Of a stretch of DNA of 64,000 nt, positions 9,547 to 21,009 are shown in pieces; the first letter of the stretch is position 1; every line of letters begins with the position of its first letter. Under the pieces are notes generated by a model. That model saw only the letters and a program-made list of their open reading frames with translations. It made no database searches and was not told the DNA's origin. The translations under genes and the position numbers were made by a program. The DNA is from Rebecca billardiae RCC1528 (taxonomy: Eukaryota > Protista > Haptophyta): assembly GCA_965240325.2 (NCBI GenBank), contig OZ251222.1:2728001-2792000 (forward strand), written 5' to 3'.

Positions 9547-11184
9547 ATGTCCGCCGACGCGCGACTGCTCGATGACGCGGTCGCGGACGTGGGCCCGCCG
9601 CCGTTGCCGAGGACCTTCGCGGCGATCGCGCGCGGTATCGCGCGCATCGGCTGGCCCGTCTTCCTCTCCAACCTCGTCTACTCCGCCATGTCCTTCCTCA
9701 CCATCTGGCTGCTCGGCCGGACGGGCGACGAGCTCGTGCTTGCGAGCTTCAGCATGAGCTACGTCCTCGTGAACATCACGGGGCACAACGTGCTGTGGGG
9801 GCTGGGCTCGGCGTACGACACGTTCGCGTCGCAGGCCTACGGCGCGCGCGACTACACTCGGCTCGGCCTGGACGCGCAGCGCGTGTACCTCATCCTCACA
9901 TTAACGCTCTGCGTGCCCGTGACGGCGCTGTGGCTGTGGGCGACACCGCTGCTCGTGGCGCTCGGCCAGGAGGAGGCGGTGGCGCGGTCGACCTCGCGTT
10001 TCGCATGCATCCGCCTCCCCGGGCTGTACATCCAGGCCCTCATCTGCGTGCTCGTGAAGGGCCTGACCGCGATGGGCAAGACGCGCGCCATCCTTGCCGT
10101 CAACCTGGTCGCCCTCGTCCAGTCTGCCGCGCTCACGTGGCTGCTGATCGCGCAGCTGCGGCTGGGGCTCGACGGCGCGGCGTACGTGGCCACCGGCGTG
10201 GACCTGCTCACCGCCGTGCTGTACATCGCCGTCATCCTCACGGATGACGAGTGCCGCAAGTGCCTCCCGGCGCGCAGGCAGGGCTGCGGCGCAGCGCTGC
10301 GCGGCTGGGGCGGCTACCTGCGGCTCGCGCTGCCGTCGACGCTCATGTGCATGGCCGAGTGGATCTCGTGGGACGCCGTCACGTTCATGGCGGGGCTGAT
10401 CCGCCCGGACGCCGAGGGCGCGCTCGCGGCGCAGGCGCTGCTGCAGAACGTGATGGCCCTCGCGTACCTCCTCTCATACGCGCTGTGCCGCGGCACCGGC
10501 ACGCTCGTGGGCAACGCGCTCGGCGCGAACCAGCCGGCGGCCGCGGCCGCTGCCGCGCGCGTCGGCGCGGTCCTGACGTGCGGCTTGATGGTCGCGCAGT
10601 CCTTCGGGCTCTTCGCGCTGCGCCACGCGTGGGGCCGCCTCTTCCGCGCGGAGCCCGACGTGGGGCCGATCGTCGCGCGGCTGATGCCGTGGCTCGCGCT
10701 GTTTGCCATGCTCGACGGCGTGCAGATCACGCTGACCGGCGTCATCATGGGCGCGGGCAAGCAGCCGACGACGAGCGGCGTGGTGGTGGTCGCGTACTGG
10801 GTGCTTGGGCTCCCGCTCTCCGCCGTGGCCGCGTTCGTGTGGCCCGCGAACGGGCTGCTCGGCATCTGGTGGGGCATGCTGGTGGCGGTGGGCGCGCACG
10901 CGACGGCCTATTGCCTGATCTGCTTCGCGCCGCCGCGCTGCCTACCCGCCGCCATCGACTGGCACAAGGCGGCCGGTGCGGCGCAGGCACGACTGGCGGC
11001 CGAGCGCGACCTTCCGCGCGCGAGGCTGCCCAGCGGGGAGCAGGCTCCCGCCAGCGACCTGGTTGCCAGCGAATCGTCGCAGTACGTCCCACCGCCGGTG
11101 ACAGTGAGACCGTCCGGTGCCGGCGCACCAGCTCAGGCCATTGAGGATGACGGCGACGCCACGCCCGCTCCCGCAGCTGCCTAG
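9547..11184 (+). CDS. MATE-family efflux transporter, intronless
   Basis: About 12 TM segments; GLGSAYDTFASQAYGA, LRLALPSTLMCMAEWISWD, VGNALGANQP, DGVQITLTGVIMGAGKQ, YWVLGLP. Confidence 0.95.
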   Translation: MSADARLLDDAVADVGPPPLPRTFAAIARGIARIGWPVFLSNLVYSAMSFLTIWLLGRTGDELVLASFSMSYVLVNITGHNVLWGLGSAYDTFASQAYGARDYTRLGLDAQRVYLILTLTLCVPVTALWLWATPLLVALGQEEAVARSTSRFACIRLPGLYIQALICVLVKGLTAMGKTRAILAVNLVALVQSAALTWLLIAQLRLGLDGAAYVATGVDLLTAVLYIAVILTDDECRKCLPARRQGCGAALRGWGGYLRLALPSTLMCMAEWISWDAVTFMAGLIRPDAEGALAAQALLQNVMALAYLLSYALCRGTGTLVGNALGANQPAAAAAAARVGAVLTCGLMVAQSFGLFALRHAWGRLFRAEPDVGPIVARLMPWLALFAMLDGVQITLTGVIMGAGKQPTTSGVVVVAYWVLGLPLSAVAAFVWPANGLLGIWWGMLVAVGAHATAYCLICFAPPRCLPAAIDWHKAAGAAQARLAAERDLPRARLPSGEQAPASDLVASESSQYVPPPVTVRPSGAGAPAQAIEDDGDATPAPAAA

Positions 11185-11363
11185 ATAGCCCCGAGGGCCG
11201 AGGCCGGGCCACTGACGACGAAGATGACTGGTAACGGCGCCAGTGTCAGTAGCGCTTACATTAATGACCTGTCACTTAGAACTTTATGCGCTTAGCTGAG
11301 CTCGCGATGGGCGGAATAATAAACAAATTGTCGCGCTGCCCCGAAATTCATCAGCGTCGCAGC

Positions 11364-12213
11364 ATGGCGGTATCAGGGCACGCGGATGAGGGAAGCTCGG
11401 GTGAGGAGGGCCTTGGCCTGTTTGACGGCGCAGATGCTTTTGACTCACTCGAATACGCCGAGGTGCATGCAGATGACCTGCAGCCGTGGGATCGCTTGCT
11501 TAGAGAGCTGCTGGCGGCCGAGAGCGAGAGCGATGCTGCGCGGCTCGCGTGTCACCTGGCAGATCTGGCGAGGCACAAGTTCCATCAAGATCTGATGCGC
11601 GAGGCTGGTGTGATCGCCGGCGTGATGGAGGTGCTGCATGCACGGGACATGCACGATCTCAAGGCGACGCCCACGATCCGCCAGGGCCTCCGGTGCCTAC
11701 GTCATCTCACCTGCCCCAACTGGGAGAACCGTGAGGAGTTCCGTCTGCAAAGGGGCATCCCGCTCCTGGCTCGTGCGTTTGACTCGGTGGACGAGGCAGT
11801 CCAGGCTGAGGCCGCGCATGTCGTGAAGACAGTCGTGTACGCCCATGCCGTCAACCGCAACGGCATTCGCGAAGTGGGTGGGATCGAGGGGCTGATACGC
11901 GTGTTGCTGCAGGCGCGAACACCTGCGCCGCGATGGAAGGCTGCGGTGGCATTGTGCTCTGTGAGCTGCGCGAACCCGACCAATCGGGCTCTCATCCTGG
12001 ACAGCCCGGGCGCCATGGAGCAAATCGAAGCGCAGCTGAGCAACGTCGATTTCAAGGTGGCGGTCGGCCTGAGGGCGCTGCGGAAGCATGCGCTTCGACG
12101 AGCTGCCATGGCTGGTGGGCAGTCCAATGTCAATGGCGGTCGGGGCGGCGGCCACGATACCGATGCGTCCGAGAGCGAGGAAAATGACGATGTTCAAGGC
12201 ATTGGCGACGGCG

Positions 12214-12245
<32 letters not shown>

Positions 12246-12254
12246 AGCAGATGA
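11364..12254 (+). CDS. Armadillo-repeat protein with poly-Asp tail
   Basis: Repeated (N)R..IRE.GGI..L..LL ARM pattern; (GAC)n acidic C-terminus. Confidence 0.8.
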
Positions 12255-12927
12255 TGACGCACAGGCGCAGCGAGGCGCGCCGCTTGGCTGCAGTTGCTGC
12301 CTGGCAGCCCGTCTGATGCCGTCAGATGACTCAGATGTGACTGCGGCGACTGCGCCCGGTGGCGGTGGCGCCGATAACTACTCAAACTAGCGGCGACGAC
12401 GATACATGTCACGCAGGCGATACTAAGGTGTCACACCAGCAATTGCAGACGTGATACTATCTCCAGGCTCCAGCACCGCCGTGCCGCACCCGGCCGGCCG
12501 CGCTCGGTCCGCCGCGGCGGGGCCTTCGCGCGGAGGCTGAGCCGCCGTGAGCGGACTCTGCCGTCCCGCCCGCGCGGGGCGCGGACTGTAGTGTGATTGA
12601 TTGAGTCTGTGTGAGTGAGTCACTCTGCTGACTGCCGCTGCCTGCTGCTAAGGCCCGAGGCAGGTGACCACGCGCCTACCGGCACTGATGCGGCAGTGAA
12701 CGTATACGCGACGGTACGCCACGGTACAGTGTAGGATCCGGCGTATATGGCACTATCACCGTATCATGCGGACCGCGCGTGCGGGCCGTGGCGCTCGCCA
12801 GAGGGGCGGCGGAACTGGCGTCGCGGGCGCACGCTGACGGGCCCGGCAAGGCACCCCGCATCTGCGCATCTGGCTCGCCGCCGTCCGCCGACTGACGCCA
12901 GATGCATCCAGCTCCAGACCAGTCCGA

Positions 12928-14482
12928 CTACAAGCTCTGGTCAAAGACGAGACCGAGGACAGTGATGTCGTCGACGGTGCCTTCATTCTGCAGCCACCGT
13001 TCGTTGCCTGCGCGCGCGCGCCACCCCGGGGCCGGTTGTGGGCGCCGATATCAGAGGGCGCCCGTGGGGCCCGCCGCGAGGGACGCGCGCGCGCGCACAT
13101 TCGATGACGAGTGCGTCGACGGCCTCGTAGAATGAGCGCTTGCCCGTGGTCATCTCCGTGTCGATAAACTCGACGCACTCCTGGTCGTCCATGAACTCCC
13201 ACACGCCATCCGACGCAATCAGCATGAAGGAGAGGTCGGGTGTGCGCTCGAAGTGCTGGAGCTCAGGCTCTGCGATGATGCCGACCTGCGCTGCCACCTT
13301 GTCGCCGAACGAGCGCGACATAGCTGCTCGTGGCGCGCCACGCAGCGTCGAGCGGTGTGGGGTGCGCGTGAACGGGGCCTGCGGCGCGGCGCGCTCGCTC
13401 GATCGCAACACCGCGCGTGCAGCGCGCCGCACCGATGCCTGGCGTGTCCTCGTCCCTGAGCCAGACGCGGTAGATGTGATCGAGATCCGAGCCGGCCCAT
13501 GGCGCCACCCTGCCGCCGCGGCCGATGATCCGCGCCTTCTCCTGCGGCAGGTCCGGCTTATGGTCGATCGTGAGCGCCTTTGCGGTGTACTTGACCGTGT
13601 CCCCGCTGGTCGACTTGTAGGCCGCGATGCAGCGCGAGTCGCCCACGTTCGCCGTGACGATCGCGTTGTCGAGCAGCAGCACCGAGCAGCAGGTCGAGCC
13701 GCTGAGCGACGTGTCGATCGGCGTCGAGTTCAGGTGCGAGTTCGTCTCGAGGAACGCGCTCTTGAGCATCTTTGCCAGGCTCGTCTTCGAGCCGCGCGCA
13801 CCAGGGAGCTCCTTCCGCAGCATGTCGGGCAGCTTCGTCATCAGGTACTCGGCGACCATGTCGCCCGACTGGCCGTGTCCGTCGAACACGACGAAGAACC
13901 CCTGCGCAGCGCGGCGCAGGGCGAGAGGTCGCCCACGGGGGCGGGAGGGGTCTCAGCATGGCACAGTCTGTGCAGGGGCACGCGCGGCCACACGGCGCTC
14001 ACAGTCTTTGGGTCGGTGAAGCACGCGTCGGCGAAGAAGCCGTCCTGGTTCCGCTTCTTCTTCTTGGAGACGTCGAGGCCGACCATGCTGACGGATGCGA
14101 CGTGCTTGAGACCCAGCTCGCTCGCCCCCTTGTCACCCGCGCCCTTGTTCGCGGCCTTCTTCTCGCGCATCACGACTTCAGACAACGACACCTTGTCATC
14201 CTTCTTATTCGTCTGCTGGCCCACCTCGGCCATCGCCTTCGCCGTGTTGGCGTCGGGGATGAGCGTCAGCCTCCTCGCCGCCGCCTGATCGTTCCCGGCG
14301 CCGGCCGAGGCTGACTGGTTCGTGTGCGCAGAGACAGAGCGGGAGGACCCGGCCGTTGTTGGCTCGGTGTTGTAATATTCGGGGGGTGGAGGAGCGCCGT
14401 TGACAGAGGCCCGGCGGGTGGGCCTCGGCAACACGTAGGCGGGGGCCGAGCTCGCCTTAGAGGTGCTCTGTCCGCACCCCAT
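12928..14482 (-). CDS. Protein phosphatase 2C with N-terminal MGCG lipidation motif; exons 14482-14003, 13901-13433, 13323-13099, 13007-12928
   Basis: NQDG, FVVFDGHG, ANVGDSR, DHKPD, IAMSRSFGD, IASDGVWEF and VDDITV; three GT-AG introns restore the frame. Confidence 0.95.
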
Positions 14483-16464
14483 GCCTCTCACGAACGCCGC
14501 AGGAAGCGCGCGCCGCACGGCCGCCTGGCGAATGGTGCTCTTTGGAGCCCTCCTAAGCCCGACGCGCGCGAGCTGGTGAGCAGCCCTGAAGATGCCCAAA
14601 GCTGATGGACATTTACGATCACGAGGTGGGTACTGTCATGATGGCTCTCAACTTTCCCCTATTACGTTTCTGATGGGATTTGCCGATTGCCGGATCTCCA
14701 GATCGATATCTTGAGTAGGAAACTGCTGGTCGTTATGGCGGTTACAATACTTCCGCTTTTTGCTTTGACCGACGGAAGTCACGACCGCCATGGCCGCCAG
14801 CGGCCGCCCGGCTGCCAGCCTTTAGGAGGGCCCACTCATAAGCCTTGCACGCGTTCCCAACGGCGTTGTATATCGGCTCGGGCTCTCTATAGTGCAGCCT
14901 AGACGGATTGACCATGTCTTGTTGTATGCCTCGTCCCTGGCTGCCCAGCAGTCCGGCACGCCACGGATGGCACGGGATGGAGCGCTCGTGCCGACCGACG
15001 AGATAGCATGCGCACCAAGCTATGATACCGGAAAGGCGAGGTTTGGCGAGGCATCTGGCGTAGAGAAGTAGTACCACCACTCGAGTTGTACTCTTCGTGC
15101 TGCCGATGCTGGCGGATCCCGAGATATGCTGCCGCTGAGCACGGATGCACCGAGTGGCAGCAGCGGGCTCGTGCCATCTGACCGGAGCGGCCAAGGCGTC
15201 ACCGCTGCCGCGGTAAGCCTGCGGCGAGAGACACTAGTGTCACTTCTGTGAGATTTCACACACGAGTCCGGACTGCCGGCTGCTGGCGGCAGCGCCGCGC
15301 GCTGCCGCCGCGACTGTGCCAAGGCATCAATGGCGCGTGATTACCATAGTGATGCCATGGCTGTCCAGGCATTGTCAATGGTAATCACGCGCCCGCGCCG
15401 CGATGCACACTCGTGTCTCGTCTCGGAGTCAGCGGATGAATAGTGCGAGTCGTCAGTGAGTCTAGTAGTACTAGCTGCTAGCTTACGACTACGACAGTGA
15501 GTTTTAGCTCAGTTACAGTCTGCGAATTCCCGGAATAATGCTACTGGCGTACTGCTGCTAGTACGTAGCAGAGTACTCCACGGTAAATAGTGGGCGGTGG
15601 GCAGCGTGCATCTGTCAGTCATCAAGCAGTGTCACATTATCAGTTTCAGTGTCATGGCGTCACAGCCGGCGAGTCCGGTCACTGTGTTACTGTGACCCGC
15701 GCGCGGCAGATACTATGACAGCGGCGGGAGTCACAGCCGCGGGGAGTCGTCTTAGGCCAACAAACTACTGTTACTACTAGCTGCTGTGAATAACTAAGCA
15801 TATTCTACTTCTAGCTCAAGCCGACGCAATACTGTAGTCGCGTATACTCGAATAGACTGTCGATATATATATATCTACTACAGTTCTACTGATTATGATA
15901 ATAACTACTACGGCGCCGCGGGTCCCGGGAGCCCTCATTGATTAGACACACTTAAAATCACTAATAATCCGTATAATCGGACTCAGTCCGTTGTGCTACA
16001 GCATCAGTCTTAATGATGTTACAAGACTGTAGCGAATGAGATACAGGCGCCGGGCTTTCGCTCGGATGGCACGGCATTGCGAGTCGCGAGACCGCTCGCG
16101 GTTGGGTCATCGAGTTCGACTTTGTAGTTTGTGTCACTTGCGAGAGGTCGCTCAGCCACGTCGCCCTGCAGCCCCACCTCCTCGGCGCCTCCGGCCAAGT
16201 CAGAGCTCGGACGACCGAAGGCAGACAGCGCTCACGCGCGATCGGCGCGCCAAACTCCGAAGGGGGCGGGCCAGCAACGGCGACCGGTGGCGTCGCAGCT
16301 GCTCGGGAGCACGAAGCCAACGTGGGATCGGATGAACGTGTGTGTGCAGCCGTCGCGCCAAGTTGTCGCGACGAGATGACGGGCACGGAGCCCCCCGCAG
16401 CACGTCGCCACGGCGGGCGAGCGGCGAGGAGCGGCCGCACGCGCGCGCGGTGGCAGCTCGGCGC

Positions 16465-18257
16465 TCACGCCCTCGACTCCGTCGCCGAGCCGAACTTGCC
16501 CGCCTCGACGGTGCGGCCGCGGAAGTAGCCGAGGTAGCCGCACACGATCGCCGCGAGGCAGACCGCCGCCGAGAGAACGATGGAGACGATGAGCAGCTCC
16601 GTCGAGATGGCGGTCGTCACGGCCTCAACCTCCGAGGGTGGCGGCATCGGCGGTGGCGGCGCCGGCGGCGGCGAGCTCGGCGAGCTGCTCGGCGGCGGCG
16701 AAGCGGTGTCCGGGCACGCCTCGCGGTCGGCGAGCGGCGTCATCTTGTTGGCGTACTCGAGGTCGTCCGTGTTGATGTTGTGGATCACCCTGATCATGTC
16801 CTGCAGCACGAGGTGCGGGTTGACCACGCCGGCCTCGTAGAAGTTGGACGAGACCCAGCCCCCGCCCGTCACGCGCGACTGCGCGAGCCAGAGGAACACG
16901 CGGTCGCACTTGACGGCCTTCGCGTGCTTCAGCCAGCTGCGGTAGCTGGTGAGCGTGTTCGGGTCGTCCTCGCTCTCCGCGCCGAGCCACACGTCCGTGT
17001 TCATCAGCACGGCCTGCTCCTCCGCCTCCGTCGTAGACGAGGACGAGCTGTACGAGTTGGGCACCGCGTAGTTTGCGATCGCGTCACGGATCAGCTGCGC
17101 CTGGTACGTCTGGTTGCCCGAGGGGTAGAAGATGTAGTTGCCCGGGTTCGCCCAGTCCGCGAAGCTGCGCGCGCGAGCGCGCGCGGAGGGGCGGGGGGGG
17201 GGGGGGGCGAGCGCGCCGCGACAAGCGGGGTGAGCGTCAGCGCGCGAGGGCACTTCTTCTGCGCGCGCTGGGCGCGCGGGCTCGGCTCGCGCGCGCGCGC
17301 ATCGCGCGCGGCCCGCACTATTGCCCGTTGATGACCGTCGGCCGCTCGTCGCTGCCCACAAAGTCGGCCGCAGTCTGGCTCATCTGGTAGTACTGCGACT
17401 TGATGGTGGTGAAGATGGTGTTTGCCTCCTCGTGCTTGCCCACGAGCATGCCGATCACCTTGATCCACTCAGCGCGGCCGAGCGGCGTCGTCTCACGCGA
17501 CTCGTCGATCAGCACGACACGGTCAGCCTGCCCCTCGCCGTCAAACCCGGTGTCCGCTCCACTGTACGAGAAGCTGTCGACGAGGTGGGCGGTGGCGTCC
17601 ACCGCGGCGAACTCGCTGTACGCGGAGGACGCGCTCGGCTCGACCACGCCGTTGTCGCTCAGGTACGTGCGCACCGTCTCCGAGAAGATGTTGTCCTGGC
17701 TGGCGAACGCCGTCACCTTCTGATACGCGTCGAGCTTCTCGAGGAACGCCATGACGACGGTGCTCGAGGTGGTGAGGGTGGCGTCATCGACGCTGAAGAC
17801 GCGCGCAGTCGGGTGAGCCGCCTGGGCATCCGTCGGGTCCGGGTTCTTCGTGAACACGTACTTCAGCTCGGACCTCCCAAAGGTTGCGTCGGCAAACACG
17901 GTGAGCACGATCAGCTCCTCGTCATCTGCAGTGCCCGCACCCTTCTCGAGCAGGTCGCTCTCGAAGTCGAAGGTGGACGCGTGCTCGGCCTCAAATGTCA
18001 CCCCAAACGAGAACTGTGCGCTCGCCACCGCGGCACAGCCGCTCAGCAGAGCCAGCAGCGTACGGGCCTGCGCGCGCGCCACCACATGCACGCGGACGCG
18101 ATCAGGCCCCGTCAATGCACAGCATGCCACGACAAGATGCGCGCGTGCGGCGCAAAGGCGGTCGGGGCAAGCAAACGTGTCGGGCAGGCACACAAGCGCA
18201 GCCAGCGCCGCAACAGCTCGGCCCCGCCTCATCCGCGAGGCTGCTCACCGTCGACAT
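16465..18257 (-). CDS. CBA1: CBA1-like (BtuF/periplasmic-binding fold) cobalamin-acquisition protein; signal peptide and C-terminal TM; exons 18257-18249, 18067-17319, 17164-16465
   Basis: ETTPLGRAEWIKVIG...EEANTIF...Y and FYEAGVVNPHLVLQDMIRVIH motifs; signal LLALLSGCAAVASA; Pro/Ser stalk followed by a TM helix. Confidence 0.75.
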
Positions 18258-18588
18258 CGTCTCGGGCAGACTGGCAGGCTGATTGCGGCCGTGCACGTGT
18301 TTGCGACGGGCTACCGACGAGCGGGACTCGGGCGGGTACGAACCAGGGCGCGCGGCCGCCCGGGCGGGCGCGGCTCCCGCCACGTGCCGTGTGCAGACCG
18401 AAACCTATGAACCGCCCCGAATAATGAACCGACAGATGAAGTCATAGGAAAGTGGAAGTCCAAGACTACCCCATAAGTACTGGAACGACATGGCGCGCGG
18501 TTGAGAATCTCTCGCGAGATCCCGAGTTGTCGTCGCGAATGCCAGAAGAAATCAATACTGGTAACGCCAAAAATCTTGTCGCGCCAGC

Positions 18589-18990
18589 ATGGCGATCTCC
18601 GTGCGACAGCTCGCCGCACTGGCCTTCTGCACGGTCATCACTGTGGTGTTGTACATCTTGCCGCTCGTCCTTCAGCCGCACGCGTGGTGGTCTCTGCTTG
18701 GTCTTCTTCCTATCCTCTTCCTCCCCGTGCCGTGGATCATCTTTGGCTCACCGCGCGACGCACTCGGCTTCAGCTCGCCCGATGCTGACGCAGGCGTGCG
18801 CTGGGCAGAGTTCCTCACAGCCTTTTTTGCCTCTGGCGTATTGGGGATCCCGTTCATTCTGTGGCACACCCATCTGATACCGACACTGGCCCTCATTCTC
18901 AACCTCTCAGGCTCATTCGTCTGCCTGTGCACCGTGTCGCTCTTCGCGTTTTGGCAGAGCCGAGACGTTGAAGGCTGGCATTTCATGTAG
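18589..18990 (+). CDS. VPS55: Vps55/LEPROT (OB-RGRP) family 4-TM protein
   Basis: 133 aa; WWSL...LPVP, AEFLTAFF...GIPFILWH...LI pattern. Confidence 0.85.
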   Translation: MAISVRQLAALAFCTVITVVLYILPLVLQPHAWWSLLGLLPILFLPVPWIIFGSPRDALGFSSPDADAGVRWAEFLTAFFASGVLGIPFILWHTHLIPTLALILNLSGSFVCLCTVSLFAFWQSRDVEGWHFM

Positions 18991-20180
18991 CACGCTCGGT
19001 CAACGGGGGCGTCAAGCGCTCGATCGTTCTCCTAGCTGCAGTGACGCCGCGGTGCGGTGCACCTTACGCGCTCCTGAAGGGACGGTACTGATCTGGATGG
19101 TCATCGCCATCACGTGATCTGAATCGGTTTCACGCGGTTGGCCGCGGACGATCACGGTGACAATCAGGTGAGATCGCGGGGCGGTGACGCCGCAGGCTGC
19201 TGCTACTCGTGGGACCCGGTCGCCAGATCAGGCATTTTTCAGGCGCCAGGACTGAGTCAGATCTGAATCAGCAGTCAGTGTCACATATGATGCGGACGAA
19301 GAGAGAGCCATGGCTGAGTCGCAGATGATCCGGCGGGATCGGCGATCGGACTAAGACGTCACGCTGACGTCTTATAGCTAAGACGCGGAGTCGGATATCT
19401 GACTATCCGGGGCTGAATCACTGCTGAAGTTCAAGTTGCGGCCTGACTCCGACGATGGAATACTACAGTATTGATGATGCATTCATTGCTAATCGCGACC
19501 GTACGCGCGTATACAGTTTAATTCGGTTCCGGGTTCGGATGACTCGTCGTCGTGAGTCGTCGTCATCAGCAGAATCTGAACCGAAGATTTCATATCGTCA
19601 GAGTCGTCTCACTACTAGGTCTAGTTGAGCCACAGCTAGCTATTTAACCCCGGACCTGCTGCATGATGCTGTGACGGTGCTGCCTGCCAAGGTCTAAGTG
19701 ACCGTCACTGAATCCTGACGCCTGCCTCGTCTGTCGTCATGCGCCTGCTGTTACGCTAATAACAAAAAGTCTCACAGCAGCAGATATTCGACCGTAGTGT
19801 TACTATTAGATGCCATCCGTGCTGACGAGACGAGACGAGACGAGAATGAAGAAGTAGAGAGACTGAGGCTAGCTGGACGAGAGTAGCTAGTTAGAGACAG
19901 AGACTAGGCTACGTACTCACGTATATATATATACTGCAGTCGTCTGAGAGATTGGTCGGAGATCGATTGTAATTATAGACGAGTCGTCAGCCTGCTCAGC
20001 ATTGAGAGTCCGAGAGAGTCCGTCAGCTAAGTTGTACTAGTCGTAGCTAGTAAGTCAGCTAGAGACGTCGCCTCGGCATAGTCGAACTCATCCGGAGACA
20101 GTCGACTCGACCAGCAGAGAGACGAGGATCATTAACGGATGGATGACTAGACCGCGCCACTGGCCGGCAAGATATTATAT

Positions 20181-20249
20181 TGTCGGAGGGGTTGAAATGC
20201 CCGAAACGACTGAGCTAAATCGGTTCGCGCATAACCGTAAGTCCCCTGT
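20181..20249 (+). mobile_element. Short MITE-like element, copy with right TIR (AACCGTAAGTCCCCTGT)
   Basis: Core GTCGGAGGGGTTGAAATGCCCGAAACGACTGAGCTAAATCGGTTCGCGC is repeated at 20771-20855. Confidence 0.6.
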
Positions 20250-20273
20250 TGGACACCCCGCGAGGGGCTGTAC

Positions 20274-20310
20274 AGTTTACTAAGAATAAGAGACGCACAC
20301 AGCTCGAGAT
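20274..20310 (-). mobile_element. Dispersed repeat terminus, cleanest copy
   Basis: Reverse complement ATCTCGAGCTGTGTGCGTCTCTTATTCTTAGTAAACT matches 24893-24937 and 4425-4515. Confidence 0.75.
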
Positions 20311-20749
20311 ACAGTAGTCCTGTCCACAGTGTCTGACGGATTTGTTGTCGAGGTTTTCCTCTCCCCGCCTGGTCTCTCCCAGGTGTTTCGCCCTGCGTGC
20401 GTCTGCTCTGTGGCTTCGTAGAGGCTCCGCGTCTTTTGTGGGCGGTGAGCCCTTCTTGCTGTGCTGTGGCTTTGTGAGGCTCTTTTTGTGTCTTTGTTGT
20501 TGACCCGGGCGACTGTACCCGGAGGTTGCGCGTCGCGGACCGTGCTCGTTTTTCTGTCGTCTTTCTTTGTCGTGGTCATCTCCTTTGTGCTCCCCTCTTT
20601 TTTGTTCGTCTTTTATTTGCCGACTCCTCGCTTTTCATCCCCCCCCGGAGCCGCGAGGCTCTCGCGAGGTCGAAAGCGCTTCGCCTGAAAGGCCAAGCGT
20701 TCTTATGCCTGCGTGTCGGTCGCTGGATGATGATTATATTTATTCGAAC

Positions 20750-20855
20750 TACAGGTGACTTTACGGTTGTGTCGGAGGGGTTGAAAATTTATGCCGAAAT
20801 GCCCGCGTGAAACGACTGAGCTAAATCGGTTCGCGGAAGCTAAATCGGTTCGCGC
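20750..20855 (+). mobile_element. Short MITE-like element, copy with left TIR (TACAGGTGACTTTACGGTT)
   Basis: The left end is a near-perfect inverted complement of 20233-20249; same core with small insertions and duplications. Confidence 0.6.
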
Positions 20856-21009
20856 CGGCAGCGCGTCCAGCGAATCGACTGAGGTAGCGCTGTCAGCGCC
20901 GCGCTGCCGGCTGACCGAGTGACCGGGCACCGCCGACCGGGCGCCAGTCGACGGTCCTTCTCACTGCTAACCGCGGTCGCTGGTGAATGCCGGGTGCGGC
21001 ATGGTCGGG

